DNA of 38,175 nt from Chitinispirillales bacterium. Its GTDB lineage: Bacteria; Fibrobacterota; Chitinivibrionia; Chitinivibrionales; Chitinispirillaceae. Below the pieces are notes generated by a model. The model had not been told where the DNA came from. It saw only the letters and a program-made list of their open reading frames with translations, and searched no databases. Positions 1-8,735 of this stretch are shown here, piece after piece. Each line of letters opens with the position of its first letter. The stretch's first letter is position 1. The DNA lies in NCBI GenBank assembly GCA_031254105.1, contig JAIRVB010000042.1:1-38175 (forward strand), given 5' to 3'. The translations under genes were made by a program, and so were the position numbers.

Positions 1-1960
1 GAAAACGTCTCTAACATGTTTATTTTATTGATATTACAAACATTTTTTTGTTACCAATAAAGTTATGCTAACGTTATTTTTTTTAAGAATGAGTTAAACA
101 CTTCCAGTCTTAGATAGGCGTTATAGCAATTGGTTCCAAATAATTCCTGAATGGATTTATAGTCCTGGGCGATTTGATCTTCATTAGAATATTCAAGCGT
201 ATCTACGATCTTACCTGTTTTGTCAGTTCTTTTTTTAAATGCTATTGCGCCGCCCACATCTGCAAGATGAACTATGCCTCCAGTGAATACATTGCATACG
301 GCAGAGTTTAATGCCCGTGAGATTCTCTCGGCAGATAAAGCCTTTTTTCCCATACGCTGCTGAATAATCCTAATGATAAGCAGCGCGACAAAACAAATCA
401 GAAAATGCGCTCTGATATGATTGTTTTTGCTGACAAATACAGGTCTTGCGTACAAGTCTGATTTCATTATGCGAAAGGACTGTTCTATTTTCCATAAGCC
501 GCCATACACTTGTCGTATTTTTCGTTCGTCATAGGATAGCTCACTTGTGATAATAGAAAAATATCCATCGTACATTGCATCATGCTCTGCTTTTTCTGTG
601 TCTATTGTCCGATGTTTTAAAATATCCTCAAGAATCTCTCCGGTTTCTTTATCAATGATATCTTCTTTTGTGTACTTCTCTACACCGTTTTTAATCTGGC
701 AGGCACTATTTTTAATATAATGGCGCGTTCTTTCGAGTTTTTCCATGCGCCGACGCTTGGCGATATCATCCTCGCTTTTACTCCAGTAAAGCAGTACTTT
801 GCGTTTGCGGGTTACAGGTTTCCCATCACTATCCTTACCTTTGTACTCCTCTTCAAACAGTTTGTATTTATAGGCGCCATTTTCTCTTACAGTCCAATCG
901 GTATCATCAAAGAGTTTTGAGCTGTAACGCTGTCCTTTTTTGCCTTTCAAGACTTGCGAAAAAACAAAACCGTCTCCCTGATTAGAAATAGCGTCAATGT
1001 TTTTAGATGAGTTTATTCCCTTATCCCCCACAACCACTATTCGACCAAGTCCGTAAGACTGTTTGATCTCTTTGATAGTCGGTTGAAGTGTAAGAGTATC
1101 ACTTGTGTTGCCGGGAAAAATGGACATGCTGACGGGTAATCCGTTACTGTCTGTAAATAGACCCATTGCGGCAATAGGTGCAACTCTGTGTTCTTTAGAT
1201 ACTCCGTGTTTACGTAAACCATCTTCGCCGCTGTCGCAAAAGTCTATATCAAAAAAGTAATTGGTCACATCATAAAAAGCGTGGGACAAGTCACGTCCTA
1301 CTGTCTCTTTTACTTGCTCATTCAAATGCCGTTGCAACTCAACTTCAAAATCAGAGATCTTGTCAAGCGATCTGTAAATATCCTGCAAGCTGAAATCTGT
1401 ATCCATTGAGTAAAAAACCTCTTTCATCTGAAATGTGGCGCGCTTTGAGTCCGGAGAAAGCAGCCTGAGTATCACAAGAAACTTTAAAATCTTTGCAACT
1501 GAGTATTTACCGGCAAAACCATGTTCTTCTAAATAGCTTTTTACAAAACCATCTATTTTGAGCATGTCGTAAACAGCAGCAAAAAACTTATAACCATAAT
1601 TATATCTACGGTTCTCTTTGCTGTACATCTTAGCAAAAGGATGAGCTTCAATTCGCAATGGGACTTTAGCCGATTTGTAAGCAGCGTTGAACTGCTTTAC
1701 CATTTCCATAAAGGCTTGCGGATCTTCTTGATCCTCAAGGATGCCAAAATCTTTTATCGTTCTTTGTTTCGTAGGCAGTCCCGGACCAACACGGTATCCT
1801 TCAACAACACGTATCTGAGTGCGAGGTCTGCCTTGAGAATCTAGCCGATTATCTTTTTTGATCATAGTTACACCACAATATACAATATAGCATAACATTA
1901 GCATAACAGCAAGCAAAATGTTAAATATTACAAAAATATGTTATGGCAAAAGCTTTGATA
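1..1960 (-). mobile_element. IS1634-family (IS4 superfamily) insertion sequence; left boundary may be cut by the window edge
   Basis: One ORF of about 600 aa fills the segment. Its N-terminus has the IS1634 transposase pattern (KK.N...G...T.IRVVEGYR.G.G...KQR.IKDFG). Imperfect terminal inverted repeats lie near 12-35 (taacatgtttattttattgatatt) and 1921-1943. An AT-rich flank follows. Confidence 0.5.
63..1865 (-). CDS. IS1634-family DDE transposase. The longest ORF reaches 1916, but the N-terminus is more likely MIKKDNRL at 1865.
   Basis: The 600-617 aa ORF has an N-terminal KKDN...YRVG...KQRTIKDFG motif and length typical of IS1634 transposases. Confidence 0.65.
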   Translation of the reverse strand: MIKKDNRLDSQGRPRTQIRVVEGYRVGPGLPTKQRTIKDFGILEDQEDPQAFMEMVKQFNAAYKSAKVPLRIEAHPFAKMYSKENRRYNYGYKFFAAVYDMLKIDGFVKSYLEEHGFAGKYSVAKILKFLVILRLLSPDSKRATFQMKEVFYSMDTDFSLQDIYRSLDKISDFEVELQRHLNEQVKETVGRDLSHAFYDVTNYFFDIDFCDSGEDGLRKHGVSKEHRVAPIAAMGLFTDSNGLPVSMSIFPGNTSDTLTLQPTIKEIKQSYGLGRIVVVGDKGINSSKNIDAISNQGDGFVFSQVLKGKKGQRYSSKLFDDTDWTVRENGAYKYKLFEEEYKGKDSDGKPVTRKRKVLLYWSKSEDDIAKRRRMEKLERTRHYIKNSACQIKNGVEKYTKEDIIDKETGEILEDILKHRTIDTEKAEHDAMYDGYFSIITSELSYDERKIRQVYGGLWKIEQSFRIMKSDLYARPVFVSKNNHIRAHFLICFVALLIIRIIQQRMGKKALSAERISRALNSAVCNVFTGGIVHLADVGGAIAFKKRTDKTGKIVDTLEYSNEDQIAQDYKSIQELFGTNCYNAYLRLEVFNSFLKKITLA

Positions 1961-2352
1961 CGGACAATACATGGGAAAATGTAAAAGTCGGGCTGATAGT
2001 AACAATGATATCAAACAAACGCGCTTTATCATAAATTTTGTATTATATTACTGGTTTTTACCGTCTGCATGGTGTATTTTAATTTTTACCCTTTTATTTT
2101 ATCATTGTATATACGATACGAACGTAGTTTTTCTTACATTATTATCATTTCCATCACTTTTTTATAGTTTAAAGGCACCATTCGCACTCGCTATATTTCT
2201 ATCACAAATTTCCGGCGAATTTCTCATCATTATGTATCAATTTGAACGGGCGTAAGGGATTACCCGGCGAACCGCTTTTCCCATTGTTTTTATTTACATA
2301 TTATACATTGTACATTATACATCGTTTTATTAACCCGGATTTGATAATATAC

Positions 2353-4023
2353 ATGTTTCAGCTCAAAGAAACATATACTACCGGTTTATTCAGACAACAT
2401 TCCAAAAGGTGTTTCCTTTTCGGCAAGTTTGTTTTTTTGTTGATTTTGTTCTGCTGTTCATATGCTTCGGCTCTGTCTTTTGAGCTTCCCGTAAGCGAAC
2501 TTGATCTGTCCGCGCTTCTTGAAGAGGAGCTTATTGATTCTTTTCAGTACGAACAGCTGCTTGTTTATTACGCGCTGCCTGTCTCTGTTCCTCAGGGAGA
2601 ACTTAGCTTGCTTGCGCCTATTTTTCCCGAGCTGAAGGAGCTTATACCCGATACGCGGCAGCTTGAGGTTTACCAACCGTTTGATAATAGACAAATTCAA
2701 CGGCTTTTTAATGATTTCCCATTCTTAACTGCTTTTGAGCCTATACTCAGGTTTAATGTTTCGCTCTCTTCACACTCTTCAAACGGAGAGATCATATTCG
2801 GCATAAACAAATCACCTGTTGACGAACCGAAGGGGCAGCGGGTAAGATTTCGTCAAAAATCCGCATTTATAACTACGGACGGGAGTATGCATCTCAGCGA
2901 TACGGGAGCGTTATGGCAGAACCGCAGCGCACACATTATTACCCAAAATGTAAACGCGAGCCTTGGCAATTTTAAACAGCCGGTTCCGGGGGAACTTTTT
3001 TTCGGTGTTTTTCAGCCGCTTACGGATGAGAACGAATCCGTCCTGTCAAACTGGCTTTACGGAGGCAGCCGCAGCTGGAATGGATTTACAGTTGAAATGA
3101 ACGGTCTTACGGCCGGCGCGTCTGTACTTGGAGCTGGCGCGTTTTATCACATTCGTCCAAACGAAAAAGGAGCCGGAGGCGGTATAAATATTAACGCGGG
3201 ACGCGGTCTTAGAGTATACGTTGGGCTTACAGGCTTTAAAGCGGATGATTCAATCCCGTTATCCATAAATACCGCCCATTTTTACAGTGAATACAAAACT
3301 AAGGTATGGAAAGCTGTGTTTGAGACAGGTATGCCCCTTGAGCGGGAGAGCTTCAATATGCCCCTGTCATTTCGCCTTAGTTATCGCGTTAAGGGATCGT
3401 CAGCTGAATATCATCTGTTAAGATTTTCCTCTGAGTTTACCTCCCCGATGAGCAGAATAAGGCGATTGACATTAGCTGAGATCGGTGAAAAAGAGTTTTG
3501 TGAAATACAAAAACATAGTCTAAAGATGGCGGTTCCTCTGATGAGCAAAGCAAAACTTACCCCTGAGATTGATTTCACGGAAAGCGGCGGTGTTGTTCGG
3601 AGAGTTTATGGCGGAGCGAAGCTCCGGGCGCGTTTTGAGATGGTTGATTTTACAGCCGGACACAGTTCCAAAATATTTACTTCTGAAATTGATTCCGTTT
3701 TTCACACAAGCGGCCTGTCGCTATATTTGCAAACACCTTACCCTTTGGGAATACGGGCCGCGGGCGAACGGACATACGGATCTTACAAGCGTCCGCGCGC
3801 CTCTTATTCCCTTGACTTACAATCGTCCATGCTGCCAAACATGATAATTACTCCGTTTATCCGCGGCAGGTATTCGTTAGAAGAACGTCAACTTTGGATT
3901 GGTTTAAAAAATGAGCTTCATTTGTATAAGAAAACATGGACTAATATCGCTGTTGAGATACCGTTTGGCGTGAAAGGAGACGATAATGTTTATCTCAAAG
4001 GTTCTTCAAGCTTTACTTTTTAA
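2353..4023 (+). CDS. putative outer-membrane beta-barrel protein with signal peptide. ORF track start is 2242; the signal peptide suggests 2353.
   Basis: An N-terminal hydrophobic signal follows basic residues (KRCFLFGKFVFLLILFCCSYASA). The protein ends in ...SSSFTF with a C-terminal Phe, typical of OMP beta-barrels. No enzymatic motif was seen. Confidence 0.4.
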   Translation: MFQLKETYTTGLFRQHSKRCFLFGKFVFLLILFCCSYASALSFELPVSELDLSALLEEELIDSFQYEQLLVYYALPVSVPQGELSLLAPIFPELKELIPDTRQLEVYQPFDNRQIQRLFNDFPFLTAFEPILRFNVSLSSHSSNGEIIFGINKSPVDEPKGQRVRFRQKSAFITTDGSMHLSDTGALWQNRSAHIITQNVNASLGNFKQPVPGELFFGVFQPLTDENESVLSNWLYGGSRSWNGFTVEMNGLTAGASVLGAGAFYHIRPNEKGAGGGININAGRGLRVYVGLTGFKADDSIPLSINTAHFYSEYKTKVWKAVFETGMPLERESFNMPLSFRLSYRVKGSSAEYHLLRFSSEFTSPMSRIRRLTLAEIGEKEFCEIQKHSLKMAVPLMSKAKLTPEIDFTESGGVVRRVYGGAKLRARFEMVDFTAGHSSKIFTSEIDSVFHTSGLSLYLQTPYPLGIRAAGERTYGSYKRPRASYSLDLQSSMLPNMIITPFIRGRYSLEERQLWIGLKNELHLYKKTWTNIAVEIPFGVKGDDNVYLKGSSSFTF

Positions 4024-5047
4024 GTTTTTCAGGTTAGGTTTCTGTGTATATGTGTATGGAAAAAAGGAGTTGTATGCAAGGGGACATCAGGCAATGAGAT
4101 ACGGGGAAAGGGTGTTGTATTCAAGAAGATATCAGGGAGGAGGATATAAGAAAAGGGCGTTGTATGCAAGAAGATATCAGGGAGGGTATGGGAAAAGGGC
4201 GTTGCGCGCCACGCCCTTACATGCTCTCTTACTTATGTTATGCTTGTGTACTCAGCCGTTTGATGAGGCGGATAGCTTTACATTCAGCGTTGCGGATGTG
4301 GGGCAGGGGCTTGCCCAGTTTGGGGTAAAGGACGGCAGGGCGGTGCTGTGGGATATGGGGCTGCCTAACCAATACAGCGCCTGGCGCGGTGTGTATGAAA
4401 AACTTGGGAAACCGGATATAGTGTCAATAGTAATTTCTCACTCTGACGCGGATCATCTCGGCGGACTTCAATACCTTGACCACAGTATAAAATGGAATGG
4501 AGTAGTCGCGGTATCGCCTTTTGAGGATACAGTCAAAATAAGAGCGGCAGCCGGCGTTTGGGCTTCACGGGTGAGATTCGAAATTTACGCTAAAGGCGAT
4601 ACCATGCGGACCCTTAGTGATGTAGAGATAATCTGCCTGTGGCCTCCAAAGGAGATCGAACTTGATCTTCCTCTTGATGGGTCGCTGAGAAATCGATATA
4701 GTTTAGTTTTTTCACTCAGGCATGGACACTGCCGCGGCCTTATCACCTCCGATATAGATTCTACCGCAATGATGACAATTGCGGCTCAGAGCGGTTACGG
4801 TCTGGCTAGCCAGATACTTGTAGCTCCGCATCACGGAAGCGCTGGATCTGTAAATCAGCTCTTTTTTTCATATACTTCGGCCCGGACAGCGGTTATCTCA
4901 TGCGCGAGACAAAACAACTATGGCCACCCTTCGCAAGAGATGCTCAACCATTTAATAATAGGCGGAACGGATTTGTTGTTTACATATCTGGATGGAACTA
5001 TTACGTTTGTCAGCAACGGACATTACTGGTCAAATAATATTGATTAG
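3986..5047 (+). CDS. MBL-fold metallo-hydrolase, ComEC/Rec2 C-terminal-domain-like. Start is uncertain; candidates are 3986, 4094 and 4235.
   Basis: It carries the HSDADHLGG (HxHxDH) motif and a downstream VAPHHGS motif. SVADVGQGLA resembles the start of the ComEC lactamase domain. Upstream in the same frame, the tandem repeats encode a Y/R/G-rich tract. Confidence 0.6.
   Translation: MFISKVLQALLFKFFRLGFCVYVYGKKELYARGHQAMRYGERVLYSRRYQGGGYKKRALYARRYQGGYGKRALRATPLHALLLMLCLCTQPFDEADSFTFSVADVGQGLAQFGVKDGRAVLWDMGLPNQYSAWRGVYEKLGKPDIVSIVISHSDADHLGGLQYLDHSIKWNGVVAVSPFEDTVKIRAAAGVWASRVRFEIYAKGDTMRTLSDVEIICLWPPKEIELDLPLDGSLRNRYSLVFSLRHGHCRGLITSDIDSTAMMTIAAQSGYGLASQILVAPHHGSAGSVNQLFFSYTSARTAVISCARQNNYGHPSQEMLNHLIIGGTDLLFTYLDGTITFVSNGHYWSNNID
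4060..4205. repeat. about 3.4 tandem copies of an imperfect 43-47 bp repeat (GGAAAAGGGCGTTGTATGCAAGAAGATATCAGGGAGG...)
   Basis: The units are directly visible at 4060-4104, 4105-4150, 4151-4191 and a partial unit at 4192-4205. Each carries a purine-rich SD-like stretch plus ttgtATG. Confidence 0.8.
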
Positions 5048-5130
5048 CGGTTATTTAGCAGCTGTGTTCTCTGACATATAATAACATTTTGTTCCCTGTT
5101 TTTAACTAACCGTTAGTCACTGTTTAGTCG

Positions 5131-6594
5131 CTACGCAACCTGCTGATCCATCCGAAACTTGTACGGCGTAGTACGGTAGAATTTGACAAAACATTTTTCC
5201 ATCTCCACGGCGCTTGAGAAGCCGCACAGATCAGCGATTGATTTCTCGCTTGAGCGGGAGGAGCGCAAGCGCTCTTTAGCCAGTTCGGCGCGGCAGAAGA
5301 GAAGGTAATTGCTAAAGGTAAGCCCTGTGCAGCGTTTTATCAGATTGTTGAGTTTTGTGACAGGCAAACCGCTTCTCTGAGCCATATAGTTTATGTCTAA
5401 ATCTTTTTTTATAATGTCCTGATCAATGATATTTTTAATCCGCTCGAAGAGTTTCCGCTCCTCTTCTGAGCGCTCAAAGTTTGACAAATGCTGAGGTTTA
5501 CGCATCTTTGAGATAAACATATAGGCAGCCAGAGACAGCGCTAATCCCACAAAGAAAAACAGCAGCCACTGCAGCGCGCCGTTCATAAGCAGCGGTTTGG
5601 GGAGCCTGACGCAGTCAGCCCAGAAAATCGGGCTGTACATTTCGTACGCGCTTCCGCCAACTAAGGAGACCTTTTGTACCTGTCCCTCTTCATCAAGAAG
5701 CCTGAGTATCAGGTTGCAGCCTATAGTATCCGGCAGTGATTTGCCGAAAACCTCTCTTGGAATTGACAGCTGAAGGTCATATCCTTTAAATTCCCGCAGC
5801 TCAACGCTGTGATTAAAATTGATTTTTGAGGAGGTTGGCAGCAGCTTGAACGTTCCGCCGGAAACTTCAGCGCCATAATTGATTTTATAGGGACTGCCTG
5901 AGAGCGGCACGATAAAAAACAGTGTGCTGTCTGCGGGATGAGCGCCTTTTCTGCGCGCGGGATCAATCATGATCTCAAGCCCTGCGTCGGCGATCCGCCT
6001 GCCCGGCTGGCTGCTGTAGAAACTGGGATCTTTTATTGAAACGCGAACTATAAATTCTTTCTCATTCCATGCGAAATTTGCCCGGCCGGATTTCTGGCTG
6101 TCGTAGATGCCAAACTTCTGGCCTTTAACCTCTGTTTTATTAATATCAGGAGCGGATATTGAGTAGCGGGTTGGGATTACTTTACGGTTAATCGGATTAT
6201 GTGTAAAGAAAATTCCCTCTTGACGGGCGATTTGAATCTCCTTATTGGACAACGTAGCTTCCGCAAGTATCCCGATTCCGGTAAAAAGCTGATTGGGAAG
6301 GTTGCGCGTATTCCAGATCAGTTTGTAAGGAGGGCGTGTGATGGTGCCCAAAGACACAATAACAGGCTCCTCGTTATCTTCCTGAAAATAACGCGCCTGA
6401 AGTTCCACTTTAACGACATTAGCGCAGTTAACTCTAAGAGAAACCGTACAGCTGGGGGTGGAAAATACCATTCCCGAAAGCGGCGACTCAAAAGTAACGC
6501 AGCCTGACTGAGCGGCTGCTTGAATATTTAAAGTTAGAATAGCGGAAACACTGAGCGAAAACAACATTGTAAATCTGACAAAAGAAAATTTCAT
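5131..6594 (-). CDS. membrane-anchored AraC-family transcriptional regulator with a large extracytoplasmic N-terminal domain
   Basis: A signal peptide (MKFSFVRFTMLFSLSVSAILTLNIQAAAQ) and about 330 aa of extracytoplasmic sequence precede one TM helix (LQWLLFFFVGLALSLAAYMFI). The C-terminus holds an AraC-type HTH (YMAQRSGLPVTKLNNLIKRCTGLTFSNYLL...FSSAVEMEKCFVKFYRTTPYKFR). Confidence 0.7.
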   Translation of the reverse strand: MKFSFVRFTMLFSLSVSAILTLNIQAAAQSGCVTFESPLSGMVFSTPSCTVSLRVNCANVVKVELQARYFQEDNEEPVIVSLGTITRPPYKLIWNTRNLPNQLFTGIGILAEATLSNKEIQIARQEGIFFTHNPINRKVIPTRYSISAPDINKTEVKGQKFGIYDSQKSGRANFAWNEKEFIVRVSIKDPSFYSSQPGRRIADAGLEIMIDPARRKGAHPADSTLFFIVPLSGSPYKINYGAEVSGGTFKLLPTSSKINFNHSVELREFKGYDLQLSIPREVFGKSLPDTIGCNLILRLLDEEGQVQKVSLVGGSAYEMYSPIFWADCVRLPKPLLMNGALQWLLFFFVGLALSLAAYMFISKMRKPQHLSNFERSEEERKLFERIKNIIDQDIIKKDLDINYMAQRSGLPVTKLNNLIKRCTGLTFSNYLLFCRAELAKERLRSSRSSEKSIADLCGFSSAVEMEKCFVKFYRTTPYKFRMDQQVA

Positions 6595-6670
6595 ATATCA
6601 ACCTGAAGCGTATGTTCGTAAATTATTTTGATACTTCTGGCAGACAAGCGCTCTGCCGGCAATCCGGAAC

Positions 6671-6745
6671 CTGGGCGCAGCCGGACTCGAACCAGCGGCC
6701 TCCGCGATGTGAACGCGGCGCTCTAACCAACTGAGCCATGCGCCC
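6671..6745 (-). tRNA. tRNA-Val (anticodon CAC)
   Basis: The reverse complement folds as a cloverleaf. Acceptor GGGCGCA pairs with TGCGCCC. The anticodon stem CCGCG/CGCGG carries loop TTCACAT. The T-arm is GCTGG-TTCGAGT-CCGGC and the discriminator is A. No CCA is encoded. The D-stem has one irregular pair. Confidence 0.8.
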
Positions 6746-7672
6746 TTCAAAATGTACTATTACTAATGTATACCTGCACACAAAATAAATCATGCCGAGC
6801 TGCAATGTCAACAGGAAGCGGATGACAAGTTATAAATTTATATTCATTAAAAAACATACAGGTTTATTGCACGCAATATTGTTTAAGCGTGAATTTAAAG
6901 TGATTTCAAAAATTCTAAACATTATTATAACTTCCGGTATCGAACCTCCATATTTGGAGCCTGTAAATGTATCTTTCAATCAACCCAAAAACAAATGCGG
7001 GAATTATAACGCGGAATGCAAACCTGGTTTGTCGAGGCGTAAGCCAAATATTAAAATAACCGGTAATACGACAAATATCTGTCGTATCATCTTTTTTATT
7101 TCCGTACTGATCAGTAAATTTACAACGTTCAATCTCGCAAGTCTCAGGAAGCCGCGCAGTACGTTGATAAGACAGGCTGTTTGATAATTTTAACCTCCCG
7201 TTTTACGCTCATATTATATTATAATCCGTTTAACTTCAGAAAAACCAACTTTATAAAGATTCATTTACGGGAACCGGTTTGAACGAAGGTGTTTGGGGTA
7301 TGAAAAAACTCCGCTTTTGTTGATTGGCAATGATAATTTGCGTACAGGTTTGCGCGAATATTGACGGCGCGGGATATGAACAAGGTCTTTCCTGTTTCTC
7401 TCCTTTGATGAAAAAATTGAAACTTTCGAAGATTTCAAAACGTGGGAACGGAGTAAAAAAGATGTTGGAATTTCGTTATGGGAACCTGATGTAGAAATTA
7501 AAAAAAGATAAAAACGTAAATAATACAGTCATTCCACTTTTAAAAAGTTTTTTACAGCCTCTTGCAGATGAGACCGGCCAAAACGTAAAACATAATTGCG
7601 CAAAAACCAAGAAATGCCGGCTCGCAATTATATATTTTATCTCTGCATTGTTTTTAAAAAGGCTTACAAAAG

Positions 7673-8641
7673 ATGAAAACCGTATTTATGGGATCCGCGG
7701 AATTTGGAATTCCTGCGCTTGAGATGCTGCTTTCGCATCATGAAGTCGCGGCTGTGGTGAGTACTCCGGCACGGCCCAGGGGGCGCGGTCTCAAACGAAT
7801 TGATTCACCAATCGCGGAGTTTGCCAAATCTTCTGGTAAGCTCGTGCTGACGCCTGAGAATTTACTTGACGGTGAATTTATTCAAAAACTAAAATCAATG
7901 GAACCGGATCTCTTTGTAGTAGTTGCTTTCAGGATCCTTCCTGAGGAAGTGTATTCTATTCCAACATTTGGCACTGTGAATATTCACGCGTCGCTTTTGC
8001 CCCGCTTTAGAGGCGCAGCGCCCATTCACCGGGCGGTTGAAGCGGGGGAGAGAGAAACCGGAGTTACAGTGTTTCGGATAGATGAGGGGATTGATACCGG
8101 GGAGATTATAGCTCAGGCTAACGCGCCTGTAGGTGAACTTGAAACAACGCCGCAGCTTTATGAAAGATTGAGCCGCATAGGGGCTGATACTTTACAAAAA
8201 GCTATGGATGATCTGGCAAATGGCAGATCGGCGCCTTTTGCTCAGGATTCATCCGCCGCGACCCGCGCGCCCAAGCTTAAAAGAGCCGAGGGACATGTGG
8301 ACTGGAACTTACCGGCACAAAATATTTTCAATAAGATCCGCGCTTTTAAACCTTTTCCCGGTACATATGCTTTTCTTGACGGAAAACGTATTGGTATCGA
8401 ATGGGGTGTCGTATATAAGAATGAAGAGGGCAGCCGCGAGGGCTGCCCGTGTTGTGATACGGGGCGCAAGCCCGAAAGTCAACCAGGTACCATAATCAGC
8501 GCACAGGGTGATCACATCGATGTACAGTGCGGAGAGGGTGTCCTGCGTATCTTAAAAGTCAAACCGGAAGGCCGTTCCGCAATGGATGTACGCGCATTTT
8601 TGCTTGGAACCGCTATTCCCTCAGGAACATTACTAAAATGA
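7673..8641 (+). CDS. fmt: methionyl-tRNA formyltransferase
   Basis: The N-terminal formyltransferase fold shows FMGSAEFGIP...VVSTPARPRGRG. The HASLLPRFRGAAPI motif matches E. coli Fmt (HGSLLPRWRGAAPI). Length is 322 aa. Confidence 0.9.
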   Translation: MKTVFMGSAEFGIPALEMLLSHHEVAAVVSTPARPRGRGLKRIDSPIAEFAKSSGKLVLTPENLLDGEFIQKLKSMEPDLFVVVAFRILPEEVYSIPTFGTVNIHASLLPRFRGAAPIHRAVEAGERETGVTVFRIDEGIDTGEIIAQANAPVGELETTPQLYERLSRIGADTLQKAMDDLANGRSAPFAQDSSAATRAPKLKRAEGHVDWNLPAQNIFNKIRAFKPFPGTYAFLDGKRIGIEWGVVYKNEEGSREGCPCCDTGRKPESQPGTIISAQGDHIDVQCGEGVLRILKVKPEGRSAMDVRAFLLGTAIPSGTLLK

Positions 8642-8735
8642 ATACACGCCGTACCAAATCAATGAATACGCACACGCGCCGGACGAAAATGAATACACGT
8701 CAAACCAAGTCAATGAATACACGTGAATTTGTGCT
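8638..8735 (+). repeat. tandem imperfect 24-27 bp repeats, each beginning ATGAATACRCG (3 complete copies plus the true rsmB start)
   Basis: Copies lie at 8638-8661, 8662-8688 and 8689-8712, with a fourth at 8713 onward. They translate as MNTRRTKS / MNTHTRRTK / MNTRQTKS / MNTREF. Confidence 0.8.

Noticed and set aside
1971-2255. 94-aa hydrophobic ORF between the IS element and the OMP gene
   Set aside because: It is an AT-rich region whose translation is dominated by F/L/I/Y from T-rich codons. It has no start context and partly overlaps the OMP ORF.
4060-4205. Tandem repeats considered as a possible CRISPR array
   Set aside because: The units are contiguous imperfect copies with no unique spacers, and there are no cas genes. 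They are a simple tandem repeat, not a CRISPR.
6623-7184. ORFs 6623..6811 (-) and 6792..7184 (+)
   Set aside because: The first overlaps the tRNA-Val gene. The second lies in AT-rich non-coding DNA and gives a low-complexity K/I/N-rich translation. Both are likely spurious.
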